Below are positions 39,787-46,952 of a stretch of DNA of 64,000 bases, piece by piece. A program made the position numbers and the translations under genes. The DNA is from an uncultured Gemmatimonadaceae bacterium (lineage in GTDB: Bacteria; Gemmatimonadota; Gemmatimonadetes; Gemmatimonadales; Gemmatimonadaceae): the NCBI GenBank assembly GCA_963740355.1, contig CAVUDW010000002.1, positions 736,001 through 800,000 of the forward strand, written 5' to 3'. The notes under the pieces are model-generated. The model made no database searches. It saw only the letters and a list, made by a program, of their open reading frames with translations, and had not been told where the DNA came from. The stretch's first letter is position 1; each line of letters starts with the position of its first letter.

Positions 39787-40176
39787 GTGGACGGATTTTC
39801 GCTACCTGCCGGACCATTGGTTCCTGTCCGCCTCGCGACAACCTGTCGCGAAAACAGCGTGTCGGCAATCGACGATGCCGTCCGTGAGATGCTGCAGACC
39901 TTCCTCGATCGCAACACCTGCGAGCGCGGTGAGGTGCAGGCCGTGATCTTCACCGCCACCAGCGACCTGCGTGCGACGAAGCCCGCGACCGCCGCACGCC
40001 GCGCCGGGTGGGAACACGCACAATTTCTCTGCCTGGCGGAAATGCCGACGGATGACGACGTGCCGCTCTGTCTGCGTGCACTCCTGCTGGTCGCACGAAG
40101 CGCCGCGGCCGAGCCGCTGAAGCCCGTCTATCTCCACGGTGCTCGGGCACTCCGTCCCGATCTGGCATCCGAGTAG
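39787..40176 (+). CDS. aroH: Chorismate mutase, AroH class
   Basis: VRLATT..N, IFTATSDL, PATAAR, CLAEM, CLRAL, VYL.GA..LRPDL; GTG start with GAGG RBS (alternative ATG 39760). Confidence 0.85.
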   Translation: MDGFSLPAGPLVPVRLATTCRENSVSAIDDAVREMLQTFLDRNTCERGEVQAVIFTATSDLRATKPATAARRAGWEHAQFLCLAEMPTDDDVPLCLRALLLVARSAAAEPLKPVYLHGARALRPDLASE

Positions 40177-40205
40177 CTCCACCCGCAAGCGATGACGAAG
40201 CGGAC

Positions 40206-41228
40206 CTACTTCGCCGTCCCTGCGTCTCGTGCGAGCCGAGAAGCCTTCACCGCCGCATTGTGTTCGGCCAGCGTGCGCGAGAACTGCGAGTGTCCGTCGG
40301 GGAACGCAACGAAGTAGAGCGCGTCCGTGTCAGCTGGCGCGATCGCGGCCGCCAGACTCTCCGTGCCCGGTGACGCAATCGGGCCCGGGGGCAGGCCAGC
40401 CACGCGATACGTGTTGTACGGTGACTCGGTCCTCAGGTCGGCATACAACACACGCTTGGCCACCAGCCCCATCGCGTACAGCACCGTCGGATCGGCTTGC
40501 AGTCGCATCCCTTTCCGCAGTCGGTTGAGGTACACCGCCGCGATCATCGGCCGATCGCTGCTGCGCCCCGCTTCCTTCTCCACGATCGACGCCAGCGTCA
40601 CCAGCTCCTGGCGACTCCGCCCTTGGCTCTTCAGCGTGCTGTCCCACGCGCTCTTCCATCGGCGGTCGAACGTGAGCAACATCGTGTCGACGACGCCGGC
40701 CGCCGTGACGCTCTCGAAGAACTCGTAGGTCGCGGGGAAGAGGTAGCCCTCGACGTCGGCCGCCGTGGTGGACATACGCGCGCGGCGGGCCGAGTCTTTC
40801 GTTGCCACCAGGATCGACTCCACTGGGATGCGCAACGAATCGTTGACCAGCTTTGCGATCTGGCGGATTCCCCATCCTTCGGGAATCGTGAGACGATGAA
40901 ACCGCCCAGTGCCGGTGCGCAGCTGCAGCAGCACGTCGCGTACGGTGCCGCCCCGGGTGATCAGGTAGCGGCCCGGTACCACCCTGCCTCCGCCGTTCAC
41001 CGCCGCCCAGACGCGAAACAACATCGCCGAGCGAATGACGCGTGCGCTGCGCAGGCTGTCGGCGGCCGATGCAAGCGTGGATGACGCAGGGAGATTGACG
41101 CGCGCCACGCTGCCGGCACGACCCACCCAGGTATTCAGCATGACCGCCGAGACGCAGGCGATCAACACGACGACAACGACAGCAGCAACACCCACGACAC
41201 CCATCCCGCGGTTTCGTCGGCGCGCCAT
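40206..41228 (-). CDS. mltG: Endolytic transglycosylase MltG
   Basis: N-terminal TM, LTIPEG, EGYLFPATY, LASIVEKE, NRLRKGMRLQADPT, SPYNTY..GLPPGPI. Confidence 0.93.
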   Translation of the reverse strand: MARRRNRGMGVVGVAAVVVVVLIACVSAVMLNTWVGRAGSVARVNLPASSTLASAADSLRSARVIRSAMLFRVWAAVNGGGRVVPGRYLITRGGTVRDVLLQLRTGTGRFHRLTIPEGWGIRQIAKLVNDSLRIPVESILVATKDSARRARMSTTAADVEGYLFPATYEFFESVTAAGVVDTMLLTFDRRWKSAWDSTLKSQGRSRQELVTLASIVEKEAGRSSDRPMIAAVYLNRLRKGMRLQADPTVLYAMGLVAKRVLYADLRTESPYNTYRVAGLPPGPIASPGTESLAAAIAPADTDALYFVAFPDGHSQFSRTLAEHNAAVKASRLARDAGTAK

Positions 41229-41230
41229 CG

Positions 41231-41683
41231 TCAGTCCTCGCTCACGACGGCACTGGCGGGCATCACGGCCCCGCCATTGAGCACTGCCTGCAGCAGCATG
41301 GCCGCCGTCATCGCGTCGATGTCATGTCGGTGATCGCCGACCTTTCCGCCGGCTTCGTGTAGCGCGCGGTGCGTTCGCGCCGTCGAGTAGCGCTCGTCGA
41401 CGAACGACACGGGACGACCGCTGCGCTCGGTGATCGCCAGCGCGACAGCGCGCACCTCGGCGCAGCGCGGCGTCTCGTTCCCATCGCCATCGAGCGGCAA
41501 TCCCATCACCACCGCGTCAACCTCGCCAATCTCGTCCATCCGCCGGAGAAGCTCTGCCACCGGCGGTCGCTTGCCCGCGCGCCGCACGATCACACCGGCG
41601 GGCGTGGCGAGCATGCGCAGTTCATCACTGGCCGCCAGGCCGATCCGGCGATCTCCCCAGTCGATTGCGAGCAGGCGTCCCAT
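41231..41683 (-). CDS. ruvX: YqgF/RuvX RNase H-fold nuclease
   Basis: LLAIDWGDRRIGLAASD, VMGLP, FVDERYST, IDAMTAAMLLQ. Confidence 0.92.
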   Translation of the reverse strand: MGRLLAIDWGDRRIGLAASDELRMLATPAGVIVRRAGKRPPVAELLRRMDEIGEVDAVVMGLPLDGDGNETPRCAEVRAVALAITERSGRPVSFVDERYSTARTHRALHEAGGKVGDHRHDIDAMTAAMLLQAVLNGGAVMPASAVVSED

Positions 41684-41688
41684 CCCGG

Positions 41689-42993
41689 TCAGCGCTCCAT
41701 GTCGGCGAAGAATTCGCGATTGTTCGCGCTGCGCTTCAGTCGCTGGATGAGGAACGCCATGGCGTCTTCCTTCTCCATGTCGGCGAGGTAGCTGCGCAAG
41801 AGCATGATGCGATTCTGCTCGACCTGATCGAGCAACATCTCATCGCGGCGCGTGCCGGACTTCCCGATGTCGATGGCTGGGAAGACTCGACTCGCCGCGA
41901 TACCGCGGTCGAGCACGATCTCCATGTTCCCGGTGCCCTTGAACTCCTCGAAGATCACCTCGTCCATGCGTGATCCCGTGTGGATGAGGGCGGTCGCGAT
42001 GATCGTCAACGAGCCGCCGCCGGCAATTCGTCTTGCCGAGCCGAAGAACTTTTTCGGCTTCTGCAGTGCACGAGCGTCGACACCGCCGCTCATGATACGG
42101 CCGTTGTTCGGCAGCACGTTGTTGTGAGCACGACCGAATCGCGTGATGGAGTCCAACAGCAGAACTACGTCCTTGCCCTGCTCGACGAGACGCTTGGCCC
42201 GCTCGATGGCCAGGTCGCCGACGTGTACGTGACGGGTTGGCGGCTCATCGAAGGTCGAACTGATGACCTGCGCGCCGGGCACCGTGGCGCGGAAGTCGGT
42301 GACTTCCTCCGGACGCTCGTCGATCAACAGCACGATCACCGCGATGTCAGGATAGTTTCGGCGAATCGACGTCGCGATCTGGTGCAGCATGATCGTCTTG
42401 CCGGTACGCGGTGGTGCCACGATCAGTCCGCGCTGTCCCTTGCCGATCGGTGAGACCAAGTCGACCACACGCAGCGAGAGTGGGCAGTCGGGGTATTCCA
42501 GCCGAAGTCGCTCATCGGGATACTTGACCGGAAGCGAGTCGAACTCCGCACGTGCCGGCCCGATCTCGGGCTCTGCGCCATTGACCTCTTCGAGGCGCAG
42601 CAGCGCAAGGAACTTCTCCCACTGGCGGGGGGGGCGGATCGACCCGCGCAGCCAATCGCCAGCGCGCAGGTTGAAGCGCCGCACCTGCGCCGACGAGACG
42701 TACACGTCGTCGGGACTTGGCGCAAAGTTCCAGTCCTGATACCGGATGAACCCGTGCCCACCCTTCTCGAGGTCGAGCACCCCTTCGGCCACCAGCTGCT
42801 CGCGGTTACGCAGCATGGCGAGCTCGATGCGATGAATCAGGTCGGGGACACGCAGCCCGGGCTCGTTGGGAACTCCGAGCGCATCGGCACGCACGACCAA
42901 TTGTTCAAAGTGGAGCTTCTTCAGCTCCGACGTTTCGAGAGGCATTCGTTGGGGGCGCGTCGCGTCGGTGGCGTCGCGGGTACCGGCATTCAT
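41689..42993 (-). CDS. rho: Transcription termination factor Rho
   Basis: DDVYVS, PIGKGQRGLIVAPPRTGKT, LLIDERPEEVTD, LLDSITR, TGSRMDEVIFEEFKGTGNME, SGTRRDE. Confidence 0.93.
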   Translation of the reverse strand: MNAGTRDATDATRPQRMPLETSELKKLHFEQLVVRADALGVPNEPGLRVPDLIHRIELAMLRNREQLVAEGVLDLEKGGHGFIRYQDWNFAPSPDDVYVSSAQVRRFNLRAGDWLRGSIRPPRQWEKFLALLRLEEVNGAEPEIGPARAEFDSLPVKYPDERLRLEYPDCPLSLRVVDLVSPIGKGQRGLIVAPPRTGKTIMLHQIATSIRRNYPDIAVIVLLIDERPEEVTDFRATVPGAQVISSTFDEPPTRHVHVGDLAIERAKRLVEQGKDVVLLLDSITRFGRAHNNVLPNNGRIMSGGVDARALQKPKKFFGSARRIAGGGSLTIIATALIHTGSRMDEVIFEEFKGTGNMEIVLDRGIAASRVFPAIDIGKSGTRRDEMLLDQVEQNRIMLLRSYLADMEKEDAMAFLIQRLKRSANNREFFADMER

Positions 42994-43109
42994 GCGTGAG
43001 TGACGCGGCCGGGGAAGAAAACGGTGAGCATCGGCACAGCGGGAGTCGTGGCATCCCGTCGCTGCGTGCTCAGGCGGACAACGAGCTGAACGTGCGAACG
43101 GTGGAGCGA

Positions 43110-43183
43110 TGCGCCTGACAGGATTCGAACCTGTGACCTTCGGCTCCGGAGGCCGACGCTCTATCCAGCTGAGCTACAGACGC
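43110..43183 (-). tRNA. tRNA-Arg(CCG)
   Basis: GCGTCTGTAGCTCAGCTGGATAGAGC...CT-CCG-GA...GGTTCGAATCC...CAGGCGCA; CCA not encoded. Confidence 0.96.
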
Positions 43184-43344
43184 GTTGCCGACGAATCGGC
43201 AGAACTCAAAACATAACCGTCCGGCCGAGCCCGCGAAACCAGAGAGGGCTGTTCGAAAGGCCCGTCGCAGGCTGGAGGCCGGCCGCCCGTGGTGGGGGGA
43301 CGGCGACCAGGCGAGCGACAATCAGCCGACTGACGCCCAGCGGC

Positions 43345-43833
43345 TTAGCGGGGGGCCGACATGTTGGGCGGGGCAAAGTTGCCGCAGGCGATCATCCGGT
43401 CGCTGTTCTCGTTCGAGGCGAAGACGGCCACCATGTAGTCGCCCGTGGTCGGGAAGGCCATGTCTGACGTCATGTCGGCCTTGGCCTTGCCGTCGCTTCC
43501 GACCTTCAAGCGGTTGCCATCGTTCACCCGAACCAGCTCGGCGCCGCTCATTCCGCACTGACCGGCGCGAAGCACCCATGGATGCTCGCCGCCGGGCACC
43601 ATGTTGCCGAGCTCGACATCGATGCGCGTGCGTCGCCCGGCATCCACCGACGTGATCCAGGAACGCCCCTGGGCGGAGATGATGCCCTGCATCGAAGCCG
43701 GCGTCGTCAGGTTCGCATTCCATCGTGTCGCGACGACGTTGTCGACCGGGGTGATCTCAGCCACCGGCTTCCTCGCACACGCGGACATGCCAACCAGTGC
43801 AATCGTTCCAAGCATCTTCAGTGTCGTGTTCAT
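43345..43833 (-). CDS. Hypothetical lipoprotein, Cu/Zn-SOD-like/CHRD-like fold
   Basis: GGAGG RBS, lipobox GMSAC; HPW...GQCG, GSDGKA, YMVAV, IACGN pattern. Confidence 0.7.
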   Translation of the reverse strand: MNTTLKMLGTIALVGMSACARKPVAEITPVDNVVATRWNANLTTPASMQGIISAQGRSWITSVDAGRRTRIDVELGNMVPGGEHPWVLRAGQCGMSGAELVRVNDGNRLKVGSDGKAKADMTSDMAFPTTGDYMVAVFASNENSDRMIACGNFAPPNMSAPR

Positions 43834-43862
43834 ATGGCCTCCAAAGCCGTAACCACAAATGC

Positions 43863-43904
43863 AAAAAAGGCGACTCGGATCCGTGAGGATTCCAGAGTCG
43901 CCTT
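43863..43904 (-). terminator. Intrinsic terminator or attenuator between the AraC gene and the lipoprotein gene
   Basis: Minus strand AAGGCGACTC...GAGTCGCC-TTTTTT. Confidence 0.75.
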
Positions 43905-44036
43905 CGTCTCGCGGATCAATGATCTCCGCGCGATAAGGTGGGGCCCGTCGTGCGCCCTTGAGCTACACCCTGCAGCGTATCGGGTTCATGCGTGCGACAC
44001 AAGGCGCAGCGTGACACTTCACAACCGTATGCGAAT

Positions 44037-45056
44037 TTATGTCGGCAACGTCCTCGCCGCGGACGGCGTCACTCCAGTCCACTGCTTGAAGGCGCGGTGG
44101 AACGCCGCGGCCTCGGAAAAGCCAAGCAGGAAGGCGACCTGACTCACGGAATTCGACTCATCACTGAGATATCGCCGCGCCAACGCGCTCCTGACTTCAC
44201 TCAGCACGTCCTGGTAGGTGCGCCCTTCTGCCTGGAGCGCACGCTGCAGCTGTCGCGCGCTCATCGCCATCTCCGATGCGATCTCGCCGATCGGCGGCAC
44301 TCTCCCGCGGAGCTTTTCAGCAACGATCCGTGACACACGACCCACAATGGTCTGGTGGCCGCCGAGCTCCGAGAGCAGTTGCTCTGCGTGTTGCTCGAAC
44401 ACGGTGAAGAGGGCAGGATTTGCCGATGGGATGGGCCGTGCGAGGTCGGTCTGCGCGAGGACGAAGCGGTATTCCCGCGCGCCGAAGCGCACTGGCGCGC
44501 GGAGCACGCGTCGGTACTCACTGTCATCCGGCACACTGTGACGAAACGCCACCTCGAGCGGAATCACCGCGTCGTTGGTCATCGCTCGCAACTGTCGTGC
44601 GAGCCCCACCCACATGGAGTCGATGGCCTGGCGAGGGTCACGCTCCAGCTGATTGTCGAGGTGTGATGACACGATGTGCACGCGCACCACGGCGCGCGGT
44701 CCATCGTGCGTGAGGTCGACGCGCAGCCCGTCGTTGAGGAGGCCGGCATATCGGACGAGGCATTCCATCACGTCGCCAATCGTGCGGCAGGTCATCACCA
44801 CGTAGCCAAGGATGTCGAGGGCGGCCGGGTGAAAGACCTCTGCCATGTGGAGCCCGATCATCGGGTCGCCCGTGCGGCGTTCTGCGACCGCCCAGAGCCG
44901 CTCCATCTGCGAGCCGCGCAATCGCTCGTCCGGCCGCGACATGATCGCCGGATCAAGGCCGGCGTCACGACAGACCTCGACCATCGGATGACCTGCTCGC
45001 TCGAGATACTGGAGCATGTCGATCGCGAGTGTGGCAGCGACGGTGGTTTCGGGCAT
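44037..45056 (-). CDS. AraC-family transcriptional regulator (OruR/Arabinose_bd_2 type)
   Basis: GDPMIGLH, APVRFGA, C-terminal MSARQLQRAL..EG, VAFLLGFSEAAAFHRAFKQWTGVTP. Confidence 0.92.
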   Translation of the reverse strand: MPETTVAATLAIDMLQYLERAGHPMVEVCRDAGLDPAIMSRPDERLRGSQMERLWAVAERRTGDPMIGLHMAEVFHPAALDILGYVVMTCRTIGDVMECLVRYAGLLNDGLRVDLTHDGPRAVVRVHIVSSHLDNQLERDPRQAIDSMWVGLARQLRAMTNDAVIPLEVAFRHSVPDDSEYRRVLRAPVRFGAREYRFVLAQTDLARPIPSANPALFTVFEQHAEQLLSELGGHQTIVGRVSRIVAEKLRGRVPPIGEIASEMAMSARQLQRALQAEGRTYQDVLSEVRSALARRYLSDESNSVSQVAFLLGFSEAAAFHRAFKQWTGVTPSAARTLPT

Positions 45057-45203
45057 GCAGTCGTCCCGGTGCGAGTTCTGGCGCGTTTGGTCAATGATCT
45101 GGCGCATCCCGTCACCGTCGACCGGGTGGGGGAATCCTAGCCTTGTGGTAAGCCGGCATCCAAGCGGATCCGCGCGATTTCCCACTCCAGCCAGAACCTC
45201 CCG

Positions 45204-45668
45204 ATGCCACTCCGCCACGCCTTCGTCGCCGTACTCGCCCTTGCCCTGACCATCCCCGCTGCCGCCGAGGCGCAGCGTAGCAGTGATCGCGCGATCTATC
45301 TCACGATTTTTCGCAATCCATCCTCTGGCGTCGAACTGCGCTTCGGTCGAGTTGGTGTGCACGCCGGCTTCTATCCCACGATTCTCAAGGCTGACGGCGA
45401 GGCGAAGGGAAAAAACACGAACTTTCTCCGCTTCGGCGCGACGATGTATTCGAGTGCGACCGGCACCGCGGCCTACATCTCCCCCAGCCTCGTGGTGAGC
45501 CTCGACAAGCGATTCAAGAGTGGCTTCCTCACCGATGCCGGAATCCGTGGGCGCATCGCGGGCCCGGTCGCCGGCCGACTGGGTGTTGGGCTTCTCAACA
45601 CGTTTGACGGTGAAGTGCGCGTCAACCCGACCGTTGGGCTCGACGTTCGGCTCGGGAAGGCACGATGA
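45204..45668 (+). CDS. Secreted hypothetical protein, small beta-barrel-like
   Basis: Signal peptide ending AEAQ; alternating beta-strands; first of three overlapping genes. Confidence 0.7.
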   Translation: MPLRHAFVAVLALALTIPAAAEAQRSSDRAIYLTIFRNPSSGVELRFGRVGVHAGFYPTILKADGEAKGKNTNFLRFGATMYSSATGTAAYISPSLVVSLDKRFKSGFLTDAGIRGRIAGPVAGRLGVGLLNTFDGEVRVNPTVGLDVRLGKAR

Positions 45669-46252
45669 TCGCTTCGCCCGAATGGGTGCCGGTGACGAAC
45701 ACGGTCACCGGTGACCGGATGCTGGTGCTGCACCGCGGGCTCGATGCAGAAGGCGAAGTACTCGAGGTGCAATTCGACTTGCCGCCCCAGGCAACTGGCG
45801 GCCCGATGCATCGGCACCGGCGCATACAGGAGCGGTTCGAAGTGCTGGACGGTGCGCTGCGTGTCTGCGTCGATGGCCACTGGCGCACACTCCTCGCGGG
45901 AGACTCGGTCACCGTCGATCCGGGGCAGGCGCACAGCTTTGCGAACGATTCCAGTGCATGGGTCACGATCATCACCGAGTTTCGTCCACCATTGCATTTC
46001 GAGCGATCTCTTCGCACCTGGCACGGGCTTGCCAACACCGGCCGCGCAAGCGCCACGGGTGCACCGAGGAATCTCTTCCATCTCGCGCGCTGCCTGCAGG
46101 ACGCCGACGTCACCTTCACGGCAGCACCGGCGATGCTGCAACGCGCGATCATCTCCGCGCTGGTGTGGCTCGGCAACCTGACCGGAATCAACGCATCACT
46201 GATGGACTTTGACATTGCGCCGCGAACGCCGCGCATGGAGGTGGCATCGTGA
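45665..46252 (+). CDS. Cupin-domain protein
   Basis: NTVTGD, PMHRH..IQERFEVLDG, PGQAHSFAN. Confidence 0.85.
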   Translation: MIASPEWVPVTNTVTGDRMLVLHRGLDAEGEVLEVQFDLPPQATGGPMHRHRRIQERFEVLDGALRVCVDGHWRTLLAGDSVTVDPGQAHSFANDSSAWVTIITEFRPPLHFERSLRTWHGLANTGRASATGAPRNLFHLARCLQDADVTFTAAPAMLQRAIISALVWLGNLTGINASLMDFDIAPRTPRMEVAS

Positions 46253-46947
46253 GTACCGATTCAGATGGCCGGGTCGGAGGCAGGATTGCCGGCGCATCGC
46301 TGATCCTTGCTGCGGTGGCATTCATCGCCGTGTTCTCTGCGCTGGCCGGTTCATTCGACTATCCGGACGTGCTCGACAGGCCGGCGGCGGAGGTCCTGCC
46401 GCGATTGCTGGCACTCGGCGCACAAGGACGCGCAATCTGGGCCGTGTACGCCTGTATTCCGCTCCTGCTGATTCCGGCCGCTGCTGGCGCGGCGTCGTTG
46501 CATGACGATCCGCGATATCGGACCGTGGTGCGCATCGCGGAATGGTGTGCGTCGATCGCCGGTATCAGCATGTTGCTTGGCTTGGTGCGATGGCCGAGCC
46601 TCCAGTGGGAACTCGCGCGTGCGTGGGGAACGGCCACCATCGATCAGCGCGTGGTGCTGACGTCGATCTTCGATGGGGCGAACATGATGTTCGGCCGTTA
46701 CATCGGCGAGTTTCTGGGTGAAGTGTTGCTCAGCATGGCGTTCGTGCTCTTCAGCGCGGTGGCGTGGTGTGATCGCCGGTTGCCGCGCTGGGCGAGTGGG
46801 TTCGGGATCGTGGCCGGCGTGACGGGGTTGCTCGCGATGTGGCGGAACGTGAGCCCGTGGGTGGCGCCGATCGCGGAGGTGAACAATGCGGTACTGCCGT
46901 TGTGGTTGATGGTGTGGGGGGTGGTGTTGCTTCGGCGTTCACGGTGA
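46249..46947 (+). CDS. DUF4386-like multi-pass membrane protein
   Basis: FDYPDVLDRPAAEVL, LGLVRW, IGEFLG; about six TM segments. Confidence 0.75.
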   Translation: MSTDSDGRVGGRIAGASLILAAVAFIAVFSALAGSFDYPDVLDRPAAEVLPRLLALGAQGRAIWAVYACIPLLLIPAAAGAASLHDDPRYRTVVRIAEWCASIAGISMLLGLVRWPSLQWELARAWGTATIDQRVVLTSIFDGANMMFGRYIGEFLGEVLLSMAFVLFSAVAWCDRRLPRWASGFGIVAGVTGLLAMWRNVSPWVAPIAEVNNAVLPLWLMVWGVVLLRRSR

Positions 46948-46952
46948 GCTGC

